A DNA stretch of 64,000 nt from Prochlorococcus sp. AG-347-L19 (GTDB taxonomy: Bacteria; Cyanobacteriota; Cyanobacteriia; PCC-6307; Cyanobiaceae), in the NCBI GenBank assembly GCA_003278895.1, contig QCCO01000002.1:107205-171204 (forward strand), in the 5' to 3' direction. The translations under genes were made by a program, and so were the position numbers. The notes beneath the pieces are model-generated. The model was not told the origin of the DNA. It saw nothing but the letters and a program-made list of their open reading frames with translations, and ran no database searches. Of this stretch, positions 51,487-62,656 are shown in pieces (the first letter of the stretch is position 1; the number at the start of each line of letters is the position of its first letter).

Positions 51487-54060
51487 ATGAAGAATTTGGA
51501 AACATTGCTAAAAGATTATGCAGATCACGTAGCTGAGAGAGCTACCAAAGGTATACCTCCTTTACCTTTGAATGCTGAGCAAACTAATTGTGTGACAAAA
51601 TTATTGGAACAGGATAGTACATATGATTCATCATATTTACTTGATTTACTAATACATAGAGTACCGCCAGGTGTTGATGAGGCTGCTTACGTAAAAGCAA
51701 GCTGGCTCACAGCTATTGTTAATTCCGAAAAATATTGCAAATTAATTAATCCCGACAAAGCAATTGAAATACTAGGAACAATGATAGGCGGATATAATGT
51801 AAATTCTCTGGTTGAAATACTTAAAGGAGAAGACAGTTTACTTGCTAAAAAAGCGTCAGAAGTTCTAAAAAATATTATTCTTGTTTACGACTCAGCTAAT
51901 GAAATTTATGAATTATCTCAAAATAATATTTACGCAAAAGAGGTTGTAAATAGCTGGTCAAATGCAGAATGGTTCACAAATAAAAAAGTTCTTGAGAAAG
52001 AGATTACATGTTTAGTATTTAAAGTTGACGGGGAGACGAATACAGATGACTTATCTCCAGCTGTACATGCAACATCACGCCCTGATATTCCGATGCACGC
52101 ATTGGCTATGTTGGAGTTTAAAAAACCAGATGGACTAAGAATTCTTGATAATTTAAAAAAACAAAAATTACCAATAGCTTATGTTGGAGATGTCGTTGGA
52201 ACAGGTAGTTCTAGAAAATCTGCTATTAATTCACTCATTTGGCATATAGGTAACGATATCCCTTTTGTTCCAAACAAAAAAACAGGTGGAATAATAATTG
52301 GTAGCAAAATAGCACCTATTTTCTTTAATACAGCACAAGATTCAGGAGCTTTACCTATAGAAGCTGATGTAACCCATATGAAAACAGGAGATGTTATTAA
52401 AATATATCCTTATGAAGGTATTATTAAAAAAATTGAAAAAGATTCAAATACTGAAGAATTAATAAGTAAATTTGACTTATTTCCATCAACACTTACTGAC
52501 GAAATTCAAGCTGGCGGAAGAATTAATCTTATGATTGGAAGATCTCTTACGGACAAAATTAGAAACAAATTAGATTATCAACCGAGTGAAATATTTATCC
52601 GACCACAAATTCCAACCGCGAGTAATACCGGCTTTACTCAAGCTCAAAAAATTGTGGGAAAAGCATGCGGTTTAGATGGAGTTAGACCAGGAACGACCTG
52701 TGAGCCAATTATGACCACAGTTGGCAGTCAAGATACTACTGGGCCAATGACTAGAGATGAACTAAAAGAACTAGCCTGTTTAGGATTCACTGCAGATTTG
52801 GTAATGCAAAGTTTTTGTCATACAGCTGCATACCCTAAACCAGTAGATCTTGTTACTCATAAAGAATTACCTGATTTTATATCTCAAAGAGGTGGAGTAG
52901 CTCTTAAGCCTGGAGACGGAATAATTCATAGCTGGCTTAACAGAATGCTTCTTCCTGATACTGTTGGCACAGGTGGAGATAGCCATACTAGATTTCCTCT
53001 TGGCATTTCATTTCCTGGAGGCTCAGGCATTGTTGCCTTTGCCGCTGCAATAGGATCAATGCCATTAAACATGCCAGAATCTGTGCTGGTTAAATTTAAA
53101 GGAGAATTATTACAAGGAATAACTCTTAGAGATTTAGTAAATGCAATCCCTCTTTTCGCAATTAAAAAAGGACTCTTAACTGTTGAGAAAGCAAATAAGA
53201 AAAATATATTTAACGGAAAAATTATGGAAATTGAGGGATTACCAAACCTAAAACTTGAACAAGCTTTTGAACTTACTGATGCTACTGCAGAACGCTCATG
53301 TGCTGGTAGCACAATACTTTTATCCCAAGAAACTGTTCAAGAATACTTAAGAAGTAATATATGCCTGCTAGAAAAAATGATTGAAAGCAATTATCAAGAC
53401 TCAAAATCAATTTCTAGAAGAATAAATGATATGAAAAATTGGCTACAAAAACCATCATTAATCCAACCAGATAAAAACGCTCAGTATGAAGAAATCATTG
53501 AAATTGATTTAGCAAAAGTAACACAACCAATAGTTGCATGTCCTAATGATCCAGATAATGTAAAAGAAATCACTGATGTTGCAAATACAAATATTGACGA
53601 GGTTTTTATAGGTTCTTGCATGACAAATATTGGCCATTACAGAGCAGCTGCGAAAGTTCTTGAAGGTGTACAAAATTTAAAAGCTAAATTATGGATTTGT
53701 CCACCAACTAAAATGGATGAAGAGACTCTAAAAGCTGAAGGCTACTATAAAATATTTGAAGATTGTGGTGCAAGATTAGAGTTACCAGGCTGTTCTTTAT
53801 GCATGGGAAATCAAGCTAGAGTAGATGAAGGATCTGTAGTATTTTCTACTAGTACAAGGAATTTTGACAATAGACTTGGCAAAAACGCACAAGTATTTTT
53901 AGGGAGTGCTGAATTAGCAGCAGTTTGCGCACTACTTGGAAAAATACCTGAAGTGGAAGAATATCAGGATATTACTAAAAATAAAATTAATCCATATTCA
54001 GATGAACTTTATCGTTATCTTCAATTTGATGAAATACGCGATTTCAGCTTGTCAAAGTAA
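51487..54060 (+). CDS. acnB: aconitate hydratase B
   Basis: RVPPGVDEAA, ETNTDDLSPA, GSQDTTGPM, DSHT, GSCMTN, PGCSLCMGNQ. Confidence 0.97.
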   Translation: MKNLETLLKDYADHVAERATKGIPPLPLNAEQTNCVTKLLEQDSTYDSSYLLDLLIHRVPPGVDEAAYVKASWLTAIVNSEKYCKLINPDKAIEILGTMIGGYNVNSLVEILKGEDSLLAKKASEVLKNIILVYDSANEIYELSQNNIYAKEVVNSWSNAEWFTNKKVLEKEITCLVFKVDGETNTDDLSPAVHATSRPDIPMHALAMLEFKKPDGLRILDNLKKQKLPIAYVGDVVGTGSSRKSAINSLIWHIGNDIPFVPNKKTGGIIIGSKIAPIFFNTAQDSGALPIEADVTHMKTGDVIKIYPYEGIIKKIEKDSNTEELISKFDLFPSTLTDEIQAGGRINLMIGRSLTDKIRNKLDYQPSEIFIRPQIPTASNTGFTQAQKIVGKACGLDGVRPGTTCEPIMTTVGSQDTTGPMTRDELKELACLGFTADLVMQSFCHTAAYPKPVDLVTHKELPDFISQRGGVALKPGDGIIHSWLNRMLLPDTVGTGGDSHTRFPLGISFPGGSGIVAFAAAIGSMPLNMPESVLVKFKGELLQGITLRDLVNAIPLFAIKKGLLTVEKANKKNIFNGKIMEIEGLPNLKLEQAFELTDATAERSCAGSTILLSQETVQEYLRSNICLLEKMIESNYQDSKSISRRINDMKNWLQKPSLIQPDKNAQYEEIIEIDLAKVTQPIVACPNDPDNVKEITDVANTNIDEVFIGSCMTNIGHYRAAAKVLEGVQNLKAKLWICPPTKMDEETLKAEGYYKIFEDCGARLELPGCSLCMGNQARVDEGSVVFSTSTRNFDNRLGKNAQVFLGSAELAAVCALLGKIPEVEEYQDITKNKINPYSDELYRYLQFDEIRDFSLSK

Positions 54061-54069
54061 TCATGAATT

Positions 54070-55428
54070 ATGCCAAACTTTATAAAAGAAAATATTCAAA
54101 AAACCAGTAATAATTCTTCTCGTAGCATCAAAAAATTATTAAGACAAAGATCTCTAGTCGTTGCATTTTCGCTCTTATTAACGGGTTTAGGAGCTTCAAT
54201 TACAAGCATATTTTTTAAAACCGGAATCTATTTTATAAATAATTGGAGATTAGCACTTTTGGACCAATTACCTTCAATTGCAGTATTACCTATTTTTGGA
54301 GCTTTAGGAGGAGCTCTTGCAGGATATCTGATTAAAAATATTGCACCTGCAGCAAAAGGTTCAGGCGTGAGTCAAATCATGGGTTTCTTAAGGCATAAAA
54401 AAGTGCCAATGAATTTAAAAGTAGGATTAGTAAAGCTAATATCAGGAATTATCGCTATTGGTAGTGGATTCCCCTTGGGTCCGGAGGGCCCATCGGTTCA
54501 AATGGGAGGATCAGTTGCTTGGCAAATGGCCAAATGGCTCAAAGCTCCTACAGCTTTCAGAAGAGTAATAGTAGCAGCAGGTGGTGGTGCTGGAATAGCT
54601 GCAGTATTTAGCGCTCCTTTAGGAGGGTTTGTTTATGCAATAGAAGAGTTATTAAATTCTGCTAGACCAGTAATTCTGCTATTAGTAGTAATTACAACTT
54701 TCATTGCAGATTCATCTGCTGATATTATACAAGCTTTGGGTTTAGATCCTAAAGCAGGAGGCTTTGATTTTAATCTCGGATTTTTGATTCAAAAAGAATA
54801 TGACCCATCTGTTTTTTTCTTACCTATAGATTTTATTTACCTAGTTTTACTAGGAATAATTATTGGGATTTTCGCAGAATTGTACAGCAAATATGTTTTA
54901 TTAATGCAAAATCTTGGGAAAAAGTGGTACAAAAATAAATTTGTTTTAAAAATGAGTATCTGTGGACTTATTTTAGGGAGTATCTATTCTTTCTTACCCA
55001 GTACATTTCATAATTTAGATGAATTACAGAAAATAATAGCTGAGCAAAATACTAGTATTGGGATTGCCTTTTTAGCAGTTTTAGTATTATTTATTACGAC
55101 AGGTTTAGCTGCAGCATCTGGAGCTCCTGGAGGATTATTCTATCCAATGCTTACTTTAGGAGGGTCATTAGGACTGATTATTGGGAGCTGGGTAGAAATT
55201 GCAACAGGACATGCACCAAGTACGTACATTTTTGCGGGAATGGGAGCTTTCGTCGCAGGATGTTCGCGAACACCAATAACAGCTATGTTTTTAGCTTTTG
55301 CATTAACAAAAAATTTATTAATAATGAAACCTGTCTTAATAAGCTGCATTGCAAGCTTCTTGATAGCAAGAGCATTTAATGAAGAATCAATTTATGAAAG
55401 ACAAATACAAATAGAACTAGAAGACTAA
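54070..55428 (+). CDS. ClC family H+/Cl- antiporter
   Basis: GSGVS, LGPEGPSVQ, AAVFSAPLGG..YAIEEL, PGGLFYP, SIY. Confidence 0.92.
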   Translation: MPNFIKENIQKTSNNSSRSIKKLLRQRSLVVAFSLLLTGLGASITSIFFKTGIYFINNWRLALLDQLPSIAVLPIFGALGGALAGYLIKNIAPAAKGSGVSQIMGFLRHKKVPMNLKVGLVKLISGIIAIGSGFPLGPEGPSVQMGGSVAWQMAKWLKAPTAFRRVIVAAGGGAGIAAVFSAPLGGFVYAIEELLNSARPVILLLVVITTFIADSSADIIQALGLDPKAGGFDFNLGFLIQKEYDPSVFFLPIDFIYLVLLGIIIGIFAELYSKYVLLMQNLGKKWYKNKFVLKMSICGLILGSIYSFLPSTFHNLDELQKIIAEQNTSIGIAFLAVLVLFITTGLAAASGAPGGLFYPMLTLGGSLGLIIGSWVEIATGHAPSTYIFAGMGAFVAGCSRTPITAMFLAFALTKNLLIMKPVLISCIASFLIARAFNEESIYERQIQIELED

Positions 55429-55438
55429 GAAATTATTT

Positions 55439-56293
55439 TTAATCAAAGACAGCGGTTTTGCTGTTATAAACAAATACTTGATGATTTAAATGTAATCTAA
55501 CCGCTCTTGCTAAAGCTATTCTTTCAATATCTCTTCCTTTTCTAATCAAATCATCAACTTCATCCCTATGACTTACATTAACTGTACATTGTTCTATTAT
55601 GGGGCCTTCATCAAGATCTTCAGTAACATAGTGAGCTGTCGCACCAATTAATTTAACACCTCTCTTCCATGCTCGATGATATGGCTGTCCACCCTTAAAT
55701 GCAGGTAAGAAAGAATGATGAATATTGATGATTGAAGAAAACTTTTTTAAAAAAGAGTCACTCAAAATTTGCATATATTTGGCTAACACAACAAGATCAA
55801 TATCATATTCTTTTAGTAAACTTAAAAATTGATCTTCGACGATAGATTTCGCATTATTGAAGGTATCAATATGGACAAATTTTGCATTAAAGTCATTTGC
55901 AATATGTTCAAGATCAGAATGATTTGAAATTATTAAAGGAACTTTCATTTTGAGTTCACCATTTCTTACTCGCCAAAGTAAATCAATCAAACAATGATTT
56001 TGTTTACTCACGAAAATAGCAACATTTGGAATTTCATCAGAATAATTTACGTTAAATTTTCCACTTACTTCATCTGCAATTTTTTCAAATTCTTTATAAA
56101 TTTCATTTCTATTAAAAGATCCATTTTTACTATTCCATTCAATTCGACTAAGAAACAAACCTGCATCTTGATCTGTATGATGATCAGAGTGTTTTATGTT
56201 ACCGCCATAATTTGAAATCCAACTTGTAAGTAAACTTACAAGACCAGGACGATCGGGACAAACAATTTTGAATATAATTGAAGGATGTTCCAA
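55439..56293 (-). CDS. purU: formyltetrahydrofolate deformylase
   Basis: CPDRPG ACT domain, LAKYMQIL, INIHHSFLPAF, LDEGPIIEQ. Confidence 0.96.
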   Translation of the reverse strand: MEHPSIIFKIVCPDRPGLVSLLTSWISNYGGNIKHSDHHTDQDAGLFLSRIEWNSKNGSFNRNEIYKEFEKIADEVSGKFNVNYSDEIPNVAIFVSKQNHCLIDLLWRVRNGELKMKVPLIISNHSDLEHIANDFNAKFVHIDTFNNAKSIVEDQFLSLLKEYDIDLVVLAKYMQILSDSFLKKFSSIINIHHSFLPAFKGGQPYHRAWKRGVKLIGATAHYVTEDLDEGPIIEQCTVNVSHRDEVDDLIRKGRDIERIALARAVRLHLNHQVFVYNSKTAVFD

Positions 56294-56341
56294 AAAATCT
56301 TTAACTATTTAGTCAAATAAGCAAGTATTTCTAATATATCA

Positions 56342-57424
56342 ATGAAAAGCTTAAAAGAAAATTTTCAAAAAGCACATATAGTTATCATTGGATCGGGAAT
56401 TATTGGAAAATTTAACGCGCTAGAATTATCTGAATTAGGTTTTCAAATAACAATAATAGATCCAGCTCAACTACAAAATAGTAGCAATGCAGCTTTAGGC
56501 CTCCTTATGGGTAATATGTATCAAAAAAGGCGAGGTAGAAGCTGGGATCTCAGAAAACAAAGCATTGAATTATGGCCACAATGGATTGCATTCCTTCAAA
56601 AATTTAATAATGAATTAATTATAGAAAAACCATTAATTCAACTAACTACGAATGAAGAAAAGTTTAAAAAATTAGAGAAATTTATTTATGCAAATAACGA
56701 TGTAAACTTAAAAATTTTAGAAAGTGACTCAATATTTATCAAAAATATAAATAAGGCCTTCCAAACAAAAAATTTAAAAGGATTGATCTCCTTCAAAGAT
56801 GGAAGAATAAATGCTATTTCATTACTAAAAACATTAGATAAATATATTACATATAAAAAAATAAATTATTTAAAAGAAGAAATAATCAAAATCAGAAAAA
56901 CAAAAAATTATTGGATTTCAACAACAAGAAACAATGAAAACATCAAATCTGACGTAGTTGTTTTGTGTAATTCTTTAAAAGCAGTTGATTTAATAGATAA
57001 CATTTCTCATAACATCAAATTAAAACCTGTTCTAGGTCAAGCTATAGAAGTTGAGGTTAATGATGCAAAAGTTGATTTATTATCGCTGCCGAAACAATTT
57101 AACATAGATGGTAAAAATATAATTACCAAATCAAAAAATAAGCTAATTATTGGTTCAACTGACGAATACAGTACTAAACCTGGAAAAAATACATTTGAAA
57201 AACTCACAAGTTTTCTCGATAAAAAGCCAAGATGGCTTCTACAAGGGAAAATTACTAAAAAATGGTACGGAATAAGATCACAGCCTGATGGTGAAGCTTC
57301 ACCTATAATGAAAAACATGGAAGAAGGACTCTTTATATGTACAGGGTTTTTCAAGAATGGGATATTACTTGCTCCGGCTTGTTCAAGATGGGTCGCTAAT
57401 GAAATTAAAAATTTCCTACACTAA
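56342..57424 (+). CDS. FAD-dependent oxidoreductase (DAO/ThiO-like)
   Basis: [34 protein letters not shown]. Confidence 0.8.
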   Translation: MKSLKENFQKAHIVIIGSGIIGKFNALELSELGFQITIIDPAQLQNSSNAALGLLMGNMYQKRRGRSWDLRKQSIELWPQWIAFLQKFNNELIIEKPLIQLTTNEEKFKKLEKFIYANNDVNLKILESDSIFIKNINKAFQTKNLKGLISFKDGRINAISLLKTLDKYITYKKINYLKEEIIKIRKTKNYWISTTRNNENIKSDVVVLCNSLKAVDLIDNISHNIKLKPVLGQAIEVEVNDAKVDLLSLPKQFNIDGKNIITKSKNKLIIGSTDEYSTKPGKNTFEKLTSFLDKKPRWLLQGKITKKWYGIRSQPDGEASPIMKNMEEGLFICTGFFKNGILLAPACSRWVANEIKNFLH

Positions 57425-59328
57425 TCTTTTGTTTCAGTAAAATCTGCATCAATTACATCATCTCCACCTGTTTCGCTTGAACCACTCTGATCAGGACCGT
57501 CAGCTGAACCAGGTGATGGTGGTTGATTACCGGGTTGCTGATAAACAGATGAACCAACTGCATAGAGTTCTTGTTGAAGCTCTTCAAGAAGTTTTTTCAT
57601 TGATTCATAATCTTCTTTTGAAGTTGCCTCTTTTAAAGCATTACTTTTTTCTTCAACTTTAGACTTTGCTGCAGCATCAATTTTGTCACCTAACTCACCA
57701 AGTTGCTTTTCTGTCTGATATACAAGTGTTTCAGCTTGGTTTTTTAAATCAATTTTTTCTCTTTTTTCTTTATCTGCAGATGCATTTGATTCAGCATCTT
57801 TTACCATTTTTTCTACCTCATTATCAGATAAGGTGGAAGCACCGGTTATGGAGATACTTTGCTCCTTACCACTTCCCTTATCTTTTGCGGTAACGCTAAG
57901 AATACCATTTGCATCAATATCAAATGTAACTTCAATTTGCGGAACACCTCTTGGTGCTGAAGGAATCCCATCCAATCTAAAAGTTCCTAAGCTTTTATTA
58001 TCAGATGCCATTTCTCTTTCACCTTGTAAAACATGAATTTCAACATTTGTTTGACCATCTACAGCGGTTGAATATGTTTCAGATTTCTTAGTAGGAACTG
58101 TAGTATTTCGATTAATCATTTTTGTCATTACTCCGCCTAAAGTCTCTACACCTAAAGAAAGTGGAGTTACATCAAGCAATAATATATCTTTAACTTCTCC
58201 TGCTAAAACTCCTCCTTGAATTGCAGCTCCAACAGCTACCACCTCATCAGGGTTAACAGTTTGATTTGGTTCTTTACCTATTATTTTTTTAACTAAATCT
58301 AAAACAGCAGGAATTCTGGATGAGCCTCCCACCATTACAACTTCATCAATTTCACTGGTAGAAATTTTTGCATCACTTATAGCTGTCTCCACTGGAGTCT
58401 TGCACCTATCAATTAAAGAAGCTGCTAATTCCTCAAACTTCGCTCTAGTAAGGGTCAAATCCAAATGTTTTGGCCCTTCTGGGGTGGCAGTAATAAAAGG
58501 TAGATTTATCTCACTTTGCGTAGCGTTTGAAAGCTCAATTTTTGCTTTTTCTGCAGCTTCAGTAAGTCTTTGCAAAGCCTGTTTATCTTGTCTTAGATCA
58601 ATGCCCTCATTTGATTTAAAAGTACTGGCTAAGTGGTCTACGATGCATCTATCAAAATCATCACCACCTAAGTGTGTATCTCCTGATGTAGATAGAACTT
58701 CAGTTACTCCATCACCAGCTTCAATAACTGAGACATCAAATGTTCCTCCCCCTAAATCAAAAACAAGGATTTTTTCATTTTCTTTATCCAAACCATAAGC
58801 TAAAGCTGCAGCAGTTGGCTCATTGACAATTCTTAGAACTTCTAAACCTGCTATTTTTCCTGCATCTTTTGTAGCCTGTCTTTGTGAGTCATTAAAATAA
58901 GCTGGAACTGTAATTACAGCCTGTGTGACTTTATCGCCAAGGTATTTACCAGCATCATCAGCTAGCTTTCTTAACACTTGAGAACTTACTTCTTCAGGAG
59001 AAAACTGCTTGTCCAAAATAGGGCATTTCAATTTAACACTAGAACCAGATTTTTCAACAGAATAACTAACTTCTTTAGATTCTTCGTTAACTTCATCCAC
59101 TCTTCTACCAACAAAACGTTTTGCAGAATAAAAAGTATTTTCAGGATTCATAACAGCTTGTCTTTTTGCTATTTGCCCGACGAGCTGGTCTTGATTTTTT
59201 GTATATGCAACAACTGATGGAGTAGTTCTGAAACCCTCAGCATTTGCTATTACAGTAGGCTTACCACCCTCCATAACAGCGACACAACTATTAGTTGTTC
59301 CTAAATCGATTCCTACAACCTTACCCAT
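57421..59328 (-). CDS. dnaK: chaperone DnaK (start moved to ATG 59328)
   Basis: [31 protein letters not shown]-terminal DDVIDADF. Confidence 0.98.
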   Translation of the reverse strand: MGKVVGIDLGTTNSCVAVMEGGKPTVIANAEGFRTTPSVVAYTKNQDQLVGQIAKRQAVMNPENTFYSAKRFVGRRVDEVNEESKEVSYSVEKSGSSVKLKCPILDKQFSPEEVSSQVLRKLADDAGKYLGDKVTQAVITVPAYFNDSQRQATKDAGKIAGLEVLRIVNEPTAAALAYGLDKENEKILVFDLGGGTFDVSVIEAGDGVTEVLSTSGDTHLGGDDFDRCIVDHLASTFKSNEGIDLRQDKQALQRLTEAAEKAKIELSNATQSEINLPFITATPEGPKHLDLTLTRAKFEELAASLIDRCKTPVETAISDAKISTSEIDEVVMVGGSSRIPAVLDLVKKIIGKEPNQTVNPDEVVAVGAAIQGGVLAGEVKDILLLDVTPLSLGVETLGGVMTKMINRNTTVPTKKSETYSTAVDGQTNVEIHVLQGEREMASDNKSLGTFRLDGIPSAPRGVPQIEVTFDIDANGILSVTAKDKGSGKEQSISITGASTLSDNEVEKMVKDAESNASADKEKREKIDLKNQAETLVYQTEKQLGELGDKIDAAAKSKVEEKSNALKEATSKEDYESMKKLLEELQQELYAVGSSVYQQPGNQPPSPGSADGPDQSGSSETGGDDVIDADFTETKD

Positions 59329-59397
59329 GGGTAAATTCTCATATTTAATATTCTCCATAATCGGTCATCGCAGTCATTATTGTTACTGGAAGACGGG

Positions 59398-59412
59398 GTG
59401 TGGTTCCCGAAC
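59398..59412 (-). promoter_or_regulatory. K-box-like chaperone-gene regulatory element upstream of dnaK
   Basis: Minus strand GTTCGGGAACCACAC, 70 nt upstream of the dnaK ATG; resembles the recalled cyanobacterial K-box GTTCGG-N3/4-CCNNAC. Confidence 0.5.
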
Positions 59413-59446
59413 AGATCGTTAATTTTTTAAAAAAAAATTCCTAAAC

Positions 59447-60307
59447 ATGATTTCAAGTAAGACCTCTTTTATTGCATTAATCGGCAATCCAGTAAGCCAT
59501 TCGCTATCACCAATTATGCAAAACGCTGCTCTGCAATACTTAGGCTTAGATTTAATTTATATTGCTATACCATGTAAAGATGAGGATCTTGAATTAGTTC
59601 TGAATTCACTGAAAAAAATTAATTGCAAAGGTCTAAACATTACAATTCCCCATAAAGAAAAAGTATTTGATCTTTGTAGTGAAATTTCGCCTATTGCTAA
59701 GAAACTAAAAGCAATTAATACCCTAAAGTTAAATTCTAAAAAAGAGTGGAGCGCGACTAATACAGATGTAGAGGGATTTATTTACCCTTTAAAAACTTTA
59801 AACTTGACTAAAAAAAAATCAATAGTCCTTGGCTCCGGAGGTGCAGCAAGATCTGTTATTCAAGGATTAATAAATTTAAATCTTTCAAAAATTTCAGTAG
59901 TTTCACGTAACAAATCATCACTAGATGAATTAATAAAAAATTTTGCCGATCAAATTGAACTTCAGGGTTTATTAGATAATGATAATCAAGCTCAAAATTT
60001 AATTGAAGAAGCAGATTTAATTGTAAATACAACACCTGTAGGAATGACAACAGCTAAACATGGAGTGAATGTATTGCCATATGGGGAATCTTTTTGGAGA
60101 TCTCTTGACTCACAAACAATTGTTTATGATTTAATCTACAATCCTGCTCCAACTCATCTATTGAAATTTAGCGCCGATAAAGGATGCATGACTATCAATG
60201 GTTTGCAAATGCTTGTTGCTCAGGGATTGAAATCATTAGCATTTTGGACAAATGGCTTAGAAGTACCTTTTCATATTATGAATGACGCACTCAAAAATTA
60301 TCTTTAA
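59447..60307 (+). CDS. aroE: shikimate dehydrogenase
   Basis: GNPVSHSLSP, NITIPHK, NTD, GSGGAA, YDLIYNP, GLQMLVAQG. Confidence 0.96.
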   Translation: MISSKTSFIALIGNPVSHSLSPIMQNAALQYLGLDLIYIAIPCKDEDLELVLNSLKKINCKGLNITIPHKEKVFDLCSEISPIAKKLKAINTLKLNSKKEWSATNTDVEGFIYPLKTLNLTKKKSIVLGSGGAARSVIQGLINLNLSKISVVSRNKSSLDELIKNFADQIELQGLLDNDNQAQNLIEEADLIVNTTPVGMTTAKHGVNVLPYGESFWRSLDSQTIVYDLIYNPAPTHLLKFSADKGCMTINGLQMLVAQGLKSLAFWTNGLEVPFHIMNDALKNYL

Positions 60308-60412
60308 AATAAATGATGCTAAGTTTCTAAGAATTACACATCATGATGTATCGTTAAAGATGAACAGACGCTCATTACATCAACTTATGAGCCAAAGACC
60401 TTGTCTGAAACT

Positions 60413-60874
60413 ATGAACGATCAACAATCTTATTACGAAACTATGTATATCCTCCGCCCAGATATTGCGGAAGATGAAGTAACTAATCACATTGATAAAT
60501 ACAATAAGCTTCTAGAAGAATTTGGCGGTACCATTCTTGATAGTCAAATGAGGGGTAAAAGAAGATTAGCCTATCAAATAAAAAAACATAGAGAAGGTAT
60601 TTACGTCCAACTAAGTCATCAAGGTGATGGGCAACATATCTTCAAAATTGAAAAAGCAATGAGACTTAGTGAAGATGTTATAAGATACATGACCGTTAAA
60701 CAAGAAGGGCCTCTGCCAACTCCAAGGCCCTCTAATAAGCCGTCACCTCAATCAGATGATAAAGAGAATTCGGAAACTAAAGTTGAATCTAAGGAAAAAC
60801 AACCAGTAGTAAGTTCAAATACTGCAACTTCGGGAAAAGATAATATTGAAACCAAAAAAAATACGGAATCTTAA
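60413..60874 (+). CDS. rpsF: 30S ribosomal protein S6 (ATG 60413; TTG 60401 alternative)
   Basis: [26 protein letters not shown]; charged C-terminal tail. Confidence 0.95.
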   Translation: MNDQQSYYETMYILRPDIAEDEVTNHIDKYNKLLEEFGGTILDSQMRGKRRLAYQIKKHREGIYVQLSHQGDGQHIFKIEKAMRLSEDVIRYMTVKQEGPLPTPRPSNKPSPQSDDKENSETKVESKEKQPVVSSNTATSGKDNIETKKNTES

Positions 60875-60877
60875 ATA

Positions 60878-62092
60878 TTAATCTTTTGTTTTTGAATTTA
60901 ACTCAGCCCAAATTTTATTAGACATACCCCACATATAAATAAAACCCTCGGCTAAAGAATGATTAAAAATATCGTCTTTGCTATAAGTTGCCAAATCTTC
61001 CCTGTAAAGTGAATTATTTTCCGACATTCTACCAATTACTATTGCATTACCCTTATGAAGTCTAATCTTTACCCTTCCATTAACTGAAGTTTGAGTGGAT
61101 GCAATAAATGTATCTAAACTATTTTTAAGAGGTCCAAACCAAAAACCTTGATAGACTAGTTGACCCCATTTTTTTTCAGCTATTCCTTTAAATTCTACAA
61201 CATCTGGGTTTAATGTAATGCTCTCTAATTCTTTGTGAGCTTTAATTAGAAGTAAGAGGCCAGGTGTTTCGTAAATCTCTCGACTTTTAATTCCTACTAC
61301 TCGATCTTCAATCATATCTATTCTTCCAAAACCATGAGCACCTGAAAGATCATTTGCTTTTTGAATAATCTCTACAGGAGTTAAAAATTCATCATTAATT
61401 CCGACTGGGAACCCATTTTTAAAAATAATTTCTATATCTTGAGGAGAATCAGGTGAATTATCTATTGATGATGTCATCGCAAATATTTCTTCAGGGGCCT
61501 CTTTCATAGGGTCTTCTAAAATCCCCGCTTCAATACTCCTACCAAGTAAGTTAACATCTATTGAATATGGTGATTTTTTTGATACCGGTGCAGGAATACC
61601 AAATTTTTCTCCATATACTATTGCCTCTTCCCTACTCATATTCCATTCTCTTGCAGGAGTAATTATTTTCAAATCAGGGCCTAAAGCATTAATTGCTAAA
61701 TCAAATCGAACTTGATCATTTCCTTTACCAGTGCATCCATGGGCTACTGCATCAGCATTAATCTCTCGAGCAATCTTTACTAGATTTTCAGCAATTAAAG
61801 GTCTTGCAAGAGCTGTAGATAAGGGATATTTATCTAAATATAATGCGTTTGCTCTAATAGCTGGAAAAGCATATCTCTCAACAAAACTATTTACTAAATT
61901 ACCAACTATTGATTTAGATGCACCAGAATTTAAAGCTTTTTGCCTAATAAATTCTAAATCCTCCCCTTGTCCAAGATCTGCTACAAAAGTAACCACTTCT
62001 GAAATTCCATATTCATTTTTTAAATATGGAATACAAACACTCGTATCTACCCCACCAGAATAAGCTAGTACAACTTTTTTAACCTGCTGCAT
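60878..62092 (-). CDS. argG: argininosuccinate synthase
   Basis: [34 protein letters not shown]. Confidence 0.98.
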   Translation of the reverse strand: MQQVKKVVLAYSGGVDTSVCIPYLKNEYGISEVVTFVADLGQGEDLEFIRQKALNSGASKSIVGNLVNSFVERYAFPAIRANALYLDKYPLSTALARPLIAENLVKIAREINADAVAHGCTGKGNDQVRFDLAINALGPDLKIITPAREWNMSREEAIVYGEKFGIPAPVSKKSPYSIDVNLLGRSIEAGILEDPMKEAPEEIFAMTSSIDNSPDSPQDIEIIFKNGFPVGINDEFLTPVEIIQKANDLSGAHGFGRIDMIEDRVVGIKSREIYETPGLLLLIKAHKELESITLNPDVVEFKGIAEKKWGQLVYQGFWFGPLKNSLDTFIASTQTSVNGRVKIRLHKGNAIVIGRMSENNSLYREDLATYSKDDIFNHSLAEGFIYMWGMSNKIWAELNSKTKD

Positions 62093-62129
62093 CTAAATTT
62101 GCTCCATAAGATTTAAATTTTTGTCGTAA

Positions 62130-62324
62130 TTAAGAGTTTGAATACTTTTTTAAAACTAATATTATTGTAACTAAAAGAGCTGGGCCAAAAACTAGTAACA
62201 AGAGAAGAAAATTATTAATTATTAAAACATTAGGATTCAAGTATCCATAAAGTTTAAAAAATCCAGACAGCATTAATGAAGTCAGGCAAATAAAAATATA
62301 TTTTAAATTTGCTTTATCAAACAA
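62130..62324 (-). CDS. small hypothetical membrane protein
   Basis: 64 aa, two hydrophobic segments, TTG start, fills the intergenic gap. Confidence 0.5.
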   Translation of the reverse strand: MFDKANLKYIFICLTSLMLSGFFKLYGYLNPNVLIINNFLLLLLVFGPALLVTIILVLKKYSNS

Positions 62325-62377
62325 AGTTTCTCGTGTGCATCATTATGTATTATCTTATATATAGAGCATAACCTTTA

Positions 62378-62656
62378 ATGGATTCAAATAAACTAAAACT
62401 TAGATTAGACGATATTTCTGAAGTCAATCCTGCATTAACTTGCTACCACAGAGACGATCCGGCTCCTGTTTTGCCATTAAGAGATGAACCTGATCTGCTA
62501 TCTTGGCTTGAGACTACAGGAAGACTTGTTGCAGAAAAAGAAGGAGATTCACAAGAAATAAGTACCATTGAGGAAGAAGAGCTTTCAGCGCTAATGGGAG
62601 AAAAAGAAGATTATAAAATTGAAGAAGATCCTTCAGAAGATGATTGGGAAGATTAA
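62378..62656 (+). CDS. conserved cyanobacterial hypothetical protein (DUF3134-like)
   Basis: NPAL...PAPVLPL...LLSWLETTGRL with acidic tail; sits upstream of mraY. Confidence 0.75.
   Translation: MDSNKLKLRLDDISEVNPALTCYHRDDPAPVLPLRDEPDLLSWLETTGRLVAEKEGDSQEISTIEEEELSALMGEKEDYKIEEDPSEDDWED

Noticed and set aside
44248-57424. Convergent 3' gene overlaps (pabC/cobA 28 nt, kinase/aroG 8 nt, oxidoreductase/dnaK 4 nt)
   Set aside because: Real, but routine for a streamlined AT-rich genome; no sign of a special function.
57477-59217. Several plus-strand ORFs antisense to dnaK (up to 132 aa)
   Set aside because: Antisense open frames are a familiar by-product of hsp70 codon usage; here they are fragmented and show no protein motifs.
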